A DNA stretch of 10,446 nucleotides. Origin: Methanobacteriota archaeon (GTDB lineage: Archaea; Thermoplasmatota; Poseidoniia; Poseidoniales; Poseidoniaceae). Positions 1-7,234 of the stretch are shown piece after piece. Each line of letters starts with the position of its first letter. Position 1 is the first letter of the stretch. The position numbers and the translations under genes were made by a program. The notes beneath the pieces were generated by a model that had not been told where the DNA came from, did no database searches, and was given only the letters and a program-made list of their open reading frames with translations. The stretch covers positions 1-10,446 of the forward strand of contig JABIGM010000046.1 in NCBI GenBank assembly GCA_018650165.1, read 5' to 3'.

Positions 1-282
1 AGATAACTTGGAAATATTCCGTGCTTTAGTTGGTGCTAATCCAACTTCTCGAATCATCGATTGAATATCTTCTACTGGTAATTCGGACATTCTCTTAGCA
101 TCAGTCCCTCTTCTAAATAATTCAGGAGTTACTTGGTTCACCTTTTTGTCAGTGGTTTGAGCACTCATCAGTACAGCGATTAACAATTGAAATGGAGATG
201 TATGATCCAAAGGTACTGGTGTTTCAGAATATAATTCTTCAAGCATTTGTAATATCTGCGATGCTTTTTCAGACCGCTTCAT
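1..282 (-). CDS. nth: Endonuclease III (HhH-GPD DNA glycosylase/AP lyase), N-terminal 94 aa; runs off the window edge
   Basis: Not in the supplied ORF track; translated by hand from ATG at 282: MKRSEKASQILQMLEELYSETPVPLDHTSPFQLLIAVLMSAQTTDKKVNQVTPELFRRGTDAKRMSELPVEDIQSMIREVGLAPTKARNISKLS. PFQLLIAVLMSAQTTD..VN..T..LF and IREVGL..TKA.NI are typical Nth segments. SD GGTGAT at 291-286. Confidence 0.93.
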   Translation of the reverse strand, partial: MKRSEKASQILQMLEELYSETPVPLDHTSPFQLLIAVLMSAQTTDKKVNQVTPELFRRGTDAKRMSELPVEDIQSMIREVGLAPTKARNISKLS

Positions 283-285
283 AGT

Positions 286-291
286 ATCACC
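286..291 (-). promoter_or_regulatory. Shine-Dalgarno GGTGAT for nth, overlapping the upstream TGA stop
   Basis: Minus strand reads CAA GGG TGA TACT ATG. GGTGAT is complementary to the archaeal 16S 3' end (AUCACC) and lies 3 nt before the ATG. Confidence 0.7.
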
Positions 292-502
292 CTTGATAGT
301 TCACGCCGTATTCTTCGCCACTCGCCCATGCCCAAAGGAATCCCATAATTATGGATCCAAATGGAATAATGTTGCAGAAGAATACAACTTCGAGTGAATA
401 ATTATCCTCACTAGCTCCTACCAATAGCCATCCCAAATAGCCAATAATTGTGCCAGGGAATATAGAAAGAAGCCCAATAATCAATGCTCTTAGAAACCTC
501 AT
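287..502 (-). CDS. Small hypothetical membrane protein, 71 aa, 2 predicted TM helices
   Basis: MRFLRALIIGLLSIFPGTIIGYLGWLLVG...VVFFCNIIPFGSIIMGFLWAW. ATG 502 is preferred over the track's GTG 526 (inside polX) because SD GGTGAT (511-506) precedes it. It fills the polX-nth gap exactly. Confidence 0.72.
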   Translation of the reverse strand: MRFLRALIIGLLSIFPGTIIGYLGWLLVGASEDNYSLEVVFFCNIIPFGSIIMGFLWAWASGEEYGVNYQG

Positions 503-505
503 TAA

Positions 506-511
506 ATCACC
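506..511 (-). promoter_or_regulatory. Shine-Dalgarno GGTGAT for the 71-aa ORF, overlapping the polX TGA stop
   Basis: Minus strand reads TTG GGG TGA TTTA ATG, the same geometry as the nth junction. Confidence 0.7.
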
Positions 512-2438
512 CCAAGAGCTTTCCACTCATTTCTTCTGCGGTCAAGGAATTAAGAATATCTTCTCTTTCAAGCCAACCCTTTCGTGCAATCATCACACCA
601 TAGTCGATGTCGCCTAACCCTTTGATAGAGTGGGCATCGGGATTGATTACTACGGGTACGCCTAATTCTTTGGCGCGTTTGCAAAGCCTCCAATCCAAGT
701 CGAGCCTATATGGTGAAGCATTGAGTTCTACTGCCTTTAGAACACCCGATTTATTGTATTCAGACATATGTTCGAGAACAGTATGGAGGTCTACCTCATA
801 GCCATCTCTTCCCTGCAAGATTCTCCCGGTTGGGTGGCCTAGAACTGTTGTAGCTGGGTGCTCAATACACTTCAGTAAGTCTTCAGTGTTCTGTGATTCA
901 TCCCGACTTCTCCATTTTCCCATCGCATGAACGCTGGCAACCACATAATCGATTTGTGCTAGAACATCATCCGGATGATCGAGTTTTCCATCCTCAAGAA
1001 TATCAGATTCAACTCCACTAAATAATCGGAAGTCGACTCCTTCATTTTTCCATTTAGAATTATATTCTTGCATCTTAGCATGCTGTGCTAGCAGGTCATC
1101 TGCACTTGCTCCATGGGCAACTTGCAAGGTAGGTGAATGGTCTGCGATACCTAGCCAATTCCAACCCATTCGTTGTGCTGCGTCTGCCATTTGCTCCAGA
1201 CTAGCCTCGCCATCTGAAAGTGTAGTATGATTGTGTAGTGCCCCCCTTATGTCAGATAGGGATGTTAATTCAGGTAGCATTTTACTTGCAGAAGCCTCAA
1301 TTTCACCCATATCCTCTCGTAGTTCAGGTATGACAAATTGTAATCCTAGGTGTGCATAAATTTCAGATTCTGTTGTGGCGGAAAGTGACGTTGCTGCAGC
1401 CTCTAAGCCAGTCAATTCGGTTTCTGGCATCAAACCAAATTCATTTAATTTCAAGCCCTTGTCTTGTGCAACTTGTCGCATTCGAATATTGTGTTCCTTT
1501 GAACCAGTGAAATACGCCAAGGTAAATGCGAATACATGCGGCGGGACCAATCTCACTTGGGCATCGATAGTTCCACCCGACTCCAATTGTTCGTAGCCTT
1601 CTCCACCAATAGCGTCCAGTACATTAGCATCTAAGTGGCCTAGACTAAACCCACCGTCAAATATCGAGGTGTCAAGAATGACAGATACCTTTGAATCTCC
1701 AGCACCCTTAACGTCGGCAATACCGTTCAAAGAAAGAATGTCTGCAGTAACTCGTTCAACATCCTCGGGCTGTACTGCTGCAACAATATCTAGGTCACCT
1801 ATTGTTTCACGCCGTCTACGTGCGGAACCTGCTAATTCTGCTCTTTCAACTCCTACTAAATTTTGAATCATTGCAAGGAATGTTTGGCCATACCGTAATC
1901 CTATATCCAAACGTCTTCGCTCAGAAAATCGTGCTAGTAGGTCAATACCATCCAAGATTTTCTGCTGGCTTTTGGCACCAAATCCTTTCATCGGCGCCAC
2001 TTCATTTTTGACGCATACTTCCTGCAAATCAGCTATCGTTTGAACGCCTAATACGTCATGTAGAATTTTGATTTTCTTAGGCCCAACTCCAGGTATGCCG
2101 AGCATTTGGATTAGCCCTTCAGGAGTTTCATCATGCAGAGTTGTCCAATCTTCGGGCCACCTACCTTCACCTACTGCTTGGCTTATCGCTGAACCTAATC
2201 CCTTGCCGATTCCTTTCAATTCGAATAACTCTCCACTAGCAACCAATTCCCCAAGGTCTTGGGATAATGAACCAATTAGGCGTGAGCCATTTTGATAGGA
2301 ACGCGTGCGGAACATATTGGCTCCTGATAATTCGAGTAGGATTGCCATTTGATGCAAGGCGGTACTGATTTGGTTCCTGCTAAAGAAGGGTGGACCGTTG
2401 ATGCGGGGCTTGGGTAACTTCCACGATCCGCCTGCCAT
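507..2438 (-). CDS. polX: Family X DNA polymerase fused to a PHP 3'-5' exonuclease domain (PolX/PHP), non-canonical catalytic triad
   Basis: N-terminal LELSGANMFRTRSY, two HhH motifs (KGIGKG, IPGVGPKK), palm GSARRRRETIGDLDIV, thumb YFTGSKEHNIRMR...KGLKLNEFGL, and PHP ligands HNH/SDG/DHS/GVESD/SVH/GHPTGR/DAH. Start 2438 (MAGGSW) is preferred over 2453 because a TTCAAC hexamer lies 26-21 nt upstream; 2453 remains possible. Confidence 0.95.
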   Translation of the reverse strand: MAGGSWKLPKPRINGPPFFSRNQISTALHQMAILLELSGANMFRTRSYQNGSRLIGSLSQDLGELVASGELFELKGIGKGLGSAISQAVGEGRWPEDWTTLHDETPEGLIQMLGIPGVGPKKIKILHDVLGVQTIADLQEVCVKNEVAPMKGFGAKSQQKILDGIDLLARFSERRRLDIGLRYGQTFLAMIQNLVGVERAELAGSARRRRETIGDLDIVAAVQPEDVERVTADILSLNGIADVKGAGDSKVSVILDTSIFDGGFSLGHLDANVLDAIGGEGYEQLESGGTIDAQVRLVPPHVFAFTLAYFTGSKEHNIRMRQVAQDKGLKLNEFGLMPETELTGLEAAATSLSATTESEIYAHLGLQFVIPELREDMGEIEASASKMLPELTSLSDIRGALHNHTTLSDGEASLEQMADAAQRMGWNWLGIADHSPTLQVAHGASADDLLAQHAKMQEYNSKWKNEGVDFRLFSGVESDILEDGKLDHPDDVLAQIDYVVASVHAMGKWRSRDESQNTEDLLKCIEHPATTVLGHPTGRILQGRDGYEVDLHTVLEHMSEYNKSGVLKAVELNASPYRLDLDWRLCKRAKELGVPVVINPDAHSIKGLGDIDYGVMIARKGWLEREDILNSLTAEEMSGKLLG

Positions 2439-2456
2439 GTAATGTCGACGCATGTC

Positions 2457-2470
2457 GGGTTGAAGAACCC
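2457..2470. promoter_or_regulatory. Candidate shared bidirectional TATA-like element within a GGGTT-N4-AACCC dyad
   Basis: TTGAAG (+, 2460-2465) is at -29..-24 from ATG 2489. TTCAAC (-, 2464-2459) is at -26..-21 from ATG 2438. Confidence 0.45.
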
Positions 2471-2488
2471 CTGCCTACTCCCGCAACT

Positions 2489-2818
2489 ATGGTTGAAGCG
2501 GGAACCATCGAAATATTGGCTCAGTCAATGTGCTTCATTTCGCTATTTGGATTCACATTTATCGCTACTTTTTCACGCAGTGAAAAGGTTGAGTTGATGG
2601 CTCAAAATCTCATTATGTCATCATTATTACTTACAGCAGCCGTACTTTGGTGGCTTTCACTTTCGGGTGGAGAGTTGTGGGGTTCGAATTATTTGCCAAA
2701 GCCCCTATCTGTACTTTGCATTATCATTGCAATAGCGGCTAGGTTGAATATCAAAGGACAAAATGTTTCCTTTGGTGCAAATCCTCACACGATTGGAAAG
2801 AATGGTGAAGACGAATAA
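2489..2818 (+). CDS. Hypothetical membrane protein, 109 aa, about 3 TM helices
   Basis: Three hydrophobic stretches (LAQSMCFISLFGFTFIATF; LIMSSLLLTAAVLWWLSL; PLSVLCIIIAIAARLNI) and a polar tail. It fills the polX-nifU gap and has a promoter-like hexamer at the leaderless distance. No family recognised. Confidence 0.75.
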   Translation: MVEAGTIEILAQSMCFISLFGFTFIATFSRSEKVELMAQNLIMSSLLLTAAVLWWLSLSGGELWGSNYLPKPLSVLCIIIAIAARLNIKGQNVSFGANPHTIGKNGEDE

Positions 2819-3124
2819 TCAGATTATTTCGCCTTCAGTCTTTGCATCATCTACCATCTTTTGGTCAATGAATGTACGCATATATTCTGGTAATTCGCCG
2901 TTGACGAAAATCACATCATTCACAGTATCGAGTTGCTTGAGGGAATAATAGATTTGCATAGCAGTCATTGGAGTAGAGGAGCAGCCAACACAGCCGCCAT
3001 CAAGGGACAGCATAACATTTCCATCAGCAGTATCAATCACAGTAACAACGCCATCATGGGCATCAAGAATCTCTTGAACAGGTCCAATCTCTTTGAGAAC
3101 CTCATCAGCAGTGATTGCCATCAT
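2819..3124 (-). CDS. NifU/NfuA C-terminal-like Fe-S cluster carrier domain protein
   Basis: PVQEILDAHDGVVTVIDTADGNVMLSLDGGCVGCSSTPMT matches the NifU_C pattern (P.L..hGG.v.l.......v.l.l.G.C.GC.SS..T). The start is uncertain among 3145, 3124 and 3121; AAGGT precedes 3124. Confidence 0.85.
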   Translation of the reverse strand: MMAITADEVLKEIGPVQEILDAHDGVVTVIDTADGNVMLSLDGGCVGCSSTPMTAMQIYYSLKQLDTVNDVIFVNGELPEYMRTFIDQKMVDDAKTEGEII

Positions 3125-3160
3125 ACCTTGGCGATAGCCACCCATCTATCAACCATCGCT

Positions 3161-3181
3161 TTCAAGATGTAGAGCATTTTG
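3161..3181 (+). promoter_or_regulatory. TATA-like TTCAAG for copZ plus an overlapping imperfect inverted repeat (candidate operator)
   Basis: TTCAAG 3161-3166 is at -30..-25 from ATG 3191 and reads CTTGAA toward nifU. The repeat CAAGATG-tagag-CATTTTG (3163-3181) has 6/7 dyad symmetry. Confidence 0.4.
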
Positions 3182-3190
3182 CAGTAAAGC

Positions 3191-3409
3191 ATGGGCTTAT
3201 TTTCGCGAGCAGAGGAGTTTGAATTCAAAGTGTCAGGAATGGACTGCGGTGGATGTGAACGTAAGATTTCCAAGGCATTGACGGCAATACGTGGCGTTAA
3301 GAAAGTTGCAGCATCATCTTCAGAAGGTTCTGTTTCTGTGACTGCAAAAGGAGTTGAATCCACAGTTCTTACCGGCACAATTGAGAGCGTCGGCTTCAAA
3401 GTAGAATGA
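3191..3409 (+). CDS. copZ: Heavy-metal-associated (HMA) domain protein, CopZ-like metal chaperone
   Basis: 72 aa with [23 protein letters not shown] (GMxCxxC) and a C-terminal IESVGFKV, the standard HMA layout. The metal is not provable from sequence. Confidence 0.88.
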   Translation: MGLFSRAEEFEFKVSGMDCGGCERKISKALTAIRGVKKVAASSSEGSVSVTAKGVESTVLTGTIESVGFKVE

Positions 3410-3416
3410 TGCTAAA

Positions 3417-3440
3417 ACGCCTCATAGCGTAGTTTTCCTT
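3417..3440 (+). terminator. Possible weak terminator after copZ
   Basis: ACGC-ctcata-GCGT 4-bp stem followed by AGTTTTCCTT. The stem is short, so support is weak. Confidence 0.25.
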
Positions 3441-3491
3441 AGGGATGTCCTTATGAAGGGGACTTTGGTCGGCGGGCAAGAAGGTGTAATC

Positions 3492-5651
3492 ATGATGGAC
3501 ATCGCATTAATTGCCGTGATAGTATCCCTAGTAGGGCTAGCTATTGCTGCATTGTTATACAAGAAAGTAATTAGCGTAGAGATAGACAACCCAACTGTTG
3601 CAGGTATTACGCAACAAATTCAGGACGGAGCAATGGCTTTCCTTAAAGCCGAATATAGATATCTGTCCATATTTGTTGCCGTCGTAGCAGTTCTGCTGTA
3701 TTTCATAACCGAAACAGATGGTCATTTGACCGCACTGGCATTCCTTGGAGGAGCCGTAGCAAGCGTACTTGCCGGTCTTTCAGGAATGAAAGCAGCAACT
3801 GCTGCTAACGGCCGTACAGCAATGGCTGCACAAAATGAAGGTCAAGCAGGCGCTCTTGCCGTTTCGTATAATGGTGGAGCAGTTATGGGACTTTCAGTAG
3901 GTGGTCTCGGATTACTTGGTATCTCTTTAGTGGCTTACTTCTTAGGAGCAGGCGATGAAGGTTCCAATATCACACACGCTGCAGGATTCGGAATGGGTGC
4001 TTCTTCTATTGCACTATTCGCTCGTGTCGGTGGCGGTATTTACACTAAGGCTGCAGATGTAGGAGCAGATCTAGTCGGAAAGGTCGAAGCAGGAATCCCT
4101 GAAGACGACCCTCGTAACCCTGGTGTTATCGCAGATAACGTCGGAGACAACGTAGGTGACGTAGCCGGAATGGGTGCTGATATCTTCGAGTCTTTCGTTG
4201 GTTCTATTATCGCTGCAATGGTTATCGCAGACTCTAGCGCTAACATGAATGTAGATTACGTCATTCTTCCAATCTTCTTAGGATTGGTCGGTTACCTCGC
4301 ATCCTTAGTTGGTGTCTTCTCCATGGAATTCTTGAAGAACGGCGAGCCTGGTGCTGCGCTACGAAACACTACATTCATCGGTGCAGGATTATTCTGGGTT
4401 GTTGGATGGTTCGGAATTGGTTTCATGGACCTAGATACAGGCACAGATCCAATGATTGCAGTAATTATTGGTTCAATCGTTGGTATTCTAATCGGCCTAG
4501 TAACAGAGTACTATACTGGAATTGAAGATGTATTTGGCCTCAAGCCAAAAGCAATCCCTCACATTGGACAGATGTCCAAGACAGGCCCTGCTACAAACGC
4601 AATCGCAGGCCTATCTGTTGGAATGATGTCTACTTTCATCCCGATTATCCTAATCTGTTTCGGTATATTCGGAGCTAACCACTTCATGATGGATGGTCAT
4701 ACTTCCAGTAGCGCTGGCGGATTCATGCCAGAATTCGGCCTATACGGAATCGCAATGGCTGCTATGGGAATGCTTGCAACAGTTGGTGTTACAATGACCG
4801 TTGACGCATATGGACCAGTTGCAGATAACGCTGGTGGAATCGCAGAGATGAGCGGTCTAGGAAAGGAAGTCCGTGAAATAACAGACGGTCTTGATTCAAT
4901 AGGTAACACTACTGCAGCAATCGGTAAAGGATTTGCAATTGGTAGTGCTGCACTAACAGCACTCGCATTATTCGCTGCATACTCTGCAGCAGCAGGCCTC
5001 GGCCTCTCTCAACTAGCCCTATCGGACCCTAAGGTAGTTATCGGGCTATTGATTGGTGGTGCTCTACCATTCGTAGTTGCTGCAATGACCATGACATCTG
5101 TTGGCAAGGCTGCTAACGAAATGGTAAATGAAATCCGCCGACAATTTGGTGTAATGAGAGAAGCGCTAAGGGCAGATACTCCAGAGGGAGTAGATCTCGA
5201 GGTTGTATCTACATGGCCAAAGGTAATCGAACACAAAGGTACCTCGTACCCAGACAGTGCAAAGTGTATTGAAATTTCAACAGATGCTGCATTAAAGGAA
5301 ATGGTTGGGCCAGGAGTTGTGGCAATTATCGCTCCAGTTATCGTTGGATTCGCTTTAGGTGCTCCTGCACTTGGTGGTCTTCTTGCTGGTTCTCTAGTTA
5401 CTGGAGTTCTAATGGCTCTATTCATGGCTAACGCTGGTGGTGCTTGGGACAATGCCAAGAAAGCAATCGAGCAAGGCCACATCGAAGGTGCACAAAAGGG
5501 CGATGCTGCTCACGAAGCAGCCGTCATTGGAGACACAATTGGTGACCCATTCAAGGACACCAGTGGGCCTTCTCTAAACATTCTAATCAAGTTGATGAGC
5601 ATTGTAGCAGTAGTAATTGCTCCAAGCCTAACAATCACTGGTTGGCTCTGA
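3492..5651 (+). CDS. hppA: Membrane-bound ion-translocating pyrophosphatase, K+-dependent, Na+-pumping signature
   Basis: [95 protein letters not shown] and [21 protein letters not shown], with many TM helices. Start 3492/3495 is preferred because SD-like AGGTG is at 3482-3486; the track's ATG 3453 falls in the TATA-like TTATGAAG. Confidence 0.97.
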   Translation: MMDIALIAVIVSLVGLAIAALLYKKVISVEIDNPTVAGITQQIQDGAMAFLKAEYRYLSIFVAVVAVLLYFITETDGHLTALAFLGGAVASVLAGLSGMKAATAANGRTAMAAQNEGQAGALAVSYNGGAVMGLSVGGLGLLGISLVAYFLGAGDEGSNITHAAGFGMGASSIALFARVGGGIYTKAADVGADLVGKVEAGIPEDDPRNPGVIADNVGDNVGDVAGMGADIFESFVGSIIAAMVIADSSANMNVDYVILPIFLGLVGYLASLVGVFSMEFLKNGEPGAALRNTTFIGAGLFWVVGWFGIGFMDLDTGTDPMIAVIIGSIVGILIGLVTEYYTGIEDVFGLKPKAIPHIGQMSKTGPATNAIAGLSVGMMSTFIPIILICFGIFGANHFMMDGHTSSSAGGFMPEFGLYGIAMAAMGMLATVGVTMTVDAYGPVADNAGGIAEMSGLGKEVREITDGLDSIGNTTAAIGKGFAIGSAALTALALFAAYSAAAGLGLSQLALSDPKVVIGLLIGGALPFVVAAMTMTSVGKAANEMVNEIRRQFGVMREALRADTPEGVDLEVVSTWPKVIEHKGTSYPDSAKCIEISTDAALKEMVGPGVVAIIAPVIVGFALGAPALGGLLAGSLVTGVLMALFMANAGGAWDNAKKAIEQGHIEGAQKGDAAHEAAVIGDTIGDPFKDTSGPSLNILIKLMSIVAVVIAPSLTITGWL

Positions 5652-5704
5652 TTGTAATATTATTGATGCGGTGGACTCAAATCCCAAAGGGCATAGGCGC
5701 TACC

Positions 5705-6646
5705 ATGCGGGCACTACTTACGGCTTTGCTAATGGTCTCCATCAGCATGTCTGGTTGCATCAGTGGCGGAGATGGCTCGGAAGAGTTCGAAGTAGACGCT
5801 ACCGAAAAACCCGGTTGGGAAGTTGGAGATTGGTGGTTATACACCTTCGAGACATCACAATTTGGTGAAGACACAGCGCGCCTAGTGGTTACCGAGATTG
5901 ACGAAGATGAGAATCAATACATGCTTGGAATATCCTCTGAAAGGGAAGCGCAAAGGCATGCAGTCATCAATCATAATCCCTTTTTGGGTCGTGTGATAAT
6001 CGATGATTTGGCAGTCTATGAAAATGGTGAGCCTCAATCGGTATTCAATTTCCCTTGGAATGAGGGCGATACCTGGTTGTTTACTTTGCTGGGTGAATCT
6101 TGGATGGCGGAAACCACTGGCTCCCTCAATGGAATGGCAGTTGTAAAGGCAAGTAGCAGTTCTGGTCATTCACTAGAATACCACTTTGATGGGACTCACG
6201 GATTTATTGACTACTTTGAATGGCTAGACCAGGATGACGAATTACAGTTCAGAATGTCACTGACCAATACCGGTAGTGACTACAGAGGCGAAGCTTGGTT
6301 TATTCGGGCTACCGACCTGAAAGACCGTGTATTCGAAGGGCCTATCGATGGTGAAGTTACAGACACGTTCGTAGATAGCGGTCATCCTTCAGGAATCGAT
6401 TTCAACTATTATGTATTCTATATTGATGTAGCAATGCCACAAGGTGGAACTGGAACTTTATCGGTTAAAGACCACGCTGGAAATAGTATACTGACTCGAA
6501 CCTATACTGCGGGCACCCAATCTCAAGAATTGGCAACAATACAGAGCCGTACCGATGAATATACGCTTGAAGTAACTCTTACCGGTGGTCAGAGTTCAAT
6601 CCACTTCATGATCGCAGGTGGAATAGAAAACTACTGGGAACTATGA
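5705..6646 (+). CDS. Secreted/lipid-anchored beta-rich acidic protein (putative lipoprotein), 313 aa, function unknown
   Basis: MRALLTALLMVSISMSGC is a signal peptide with a lipobox-like SMSG|C. The mature part is D/E-rich with two P-W-x-x-GD-x-W-x-[YF] motifs. Start 5705 is preferred over 5642 (inside hppA); CTCAAA lies at -28..-23. Confidence 0.82.
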   Translation: MRALLTALLMVSISMSGCISGGDGSEEFEVDATEKPGWEVGDWWLYTFETSQFGEDTARLVVTEIDEDENQYMLGISSEREAQRHAVINHNPFLGRVIIDDLAVYENGEPQSVFNFPWNEGDTWLFTLLGESWMAETTGSLNGMAVVKASSSSGHSLEYHFDGTHGFIDYFEWLDQDDELQFRMSLTNTGSDYRGEAWFIRATDLKDRVFEGPIDGEVTDTFVDSGHPSGIDFNYYVFYIDVAMPQGGTGTLSVKDHAGNSILTRTYTAGTQSQELATIQSRTDEYTLEVTLTGGQSSIHFMIAGGIENYWEL

Positions 6647-6656
6647 GGGGAGTGTC

Positions 6657-7232
6657 ATGCCAACATTGGTGATGATGCACGGCATGACGGGTACTGCTGA
6701 AATGATGCGGCCACTTGCCGAAAAGATACTGCCTGACAATTGGGACTTATTGGTCCCAGAGGCGGGTTTTGAACACCCTAGTCGTGGATTTACTTGGTGG
6801 CGCTATGAAGGCGGAGATAACCCTCGTCGCAGAATACTGTCAGCAACAGAACTTTCCGATGTCGATTCATCTTTGCTTAAACTCTCCAACATACTTCCCG
6901 ATGACAAACTGGTCCTAGGTGGATTTAGCCAGGGTGGAGCAATGGCCCAAGAGTTATTGCAGTTTGACCACCAAGTAATCGGGATTATCGCAATGGGTAC
7001 TCGAGTTGTAAGGCCCATGGAAATCAAGCAGAGATTACTCGAAATACCAACTGGAAAGATGCTATGGATGCACGGCGAGTCCGACCATAGAGTGTCACTT
7101 GAAGCGGGTTTGGAAATACCGGAATTATTCGAAGAATCAGGATGGGATGTTACTAGGATCCAACACCCCAAGGGCCACATGATTCCAATTGAATTTCATT
7201 TTTCAATCAAAGAATGGCTTGAATCTTTATAG
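6657..7232 (+). CDS. Alpha/beta-hydrolase, phospholipase/carboxylesterase family
   Basis: LVMMHGMTG oxyanion region, GGFSQGG nucleophile elbow (GxSxG), MHGESDHRV (Asp) and HPKGHMI (His). SD-like GGGGAGTG sits between the upstream stop and the ATG. Confidence 0.9.
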   Translation: MPTLVMMHGMTGTAEMMRPLAEKILPDNWDLLVPEAGFEHPSRGFTWWRYEGGDNPRRRILSATELSDVDSSLLKLSNILPDDKLVLGGFSQGGAMAQELLQFDHQVIGIIAMGTRVVRPMEIKQRLLEIPTGKMLWMHGESDHRVSLEAGLEIPELFEESGWDVTRIQHPKGHMIPIEFHFSIKEWLESL

Positions 7233-7234
7233 TG

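Noticed and set aside
1581-1673. PolX insertion as a mini-intein or intron
   Set aside because: Too short, no N-terminal Cys/Ser or C-terminal His-Asn, no stop codon and no obvious bulge-helix-bulge.
607-2295. Plus-strand ORFs 607-801, 1375-1596, 1669-1866, 1802-2011 and 2068-2295
   Set aside because: Antisense shadows of the well-supported polX, with no motifs or start signals.
2763-3399. ORFs 2763-2948 (+), 2933-3172 (+) and 3121-3399 (-)
   Set aside because: They overlap nifU-like or copZ, which have clear family motifs; their own translations are featureless.
4040-5482. Minus-strand ORFs 4040-4246, 4697-4909 and 5009-5482
   Set aside because: Open antisense frames expected from the biased codon usage of hppA; the Pro/Ala/Thr-rich translations are typical shadows.
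5671-7180. ORFs 5671-5868, 5677-5874, 5882-6169, 6715-6918 and 6803-7180
   Set aside because: Alternative-frame or antisense overlaps of the lipoprotein and esterase.
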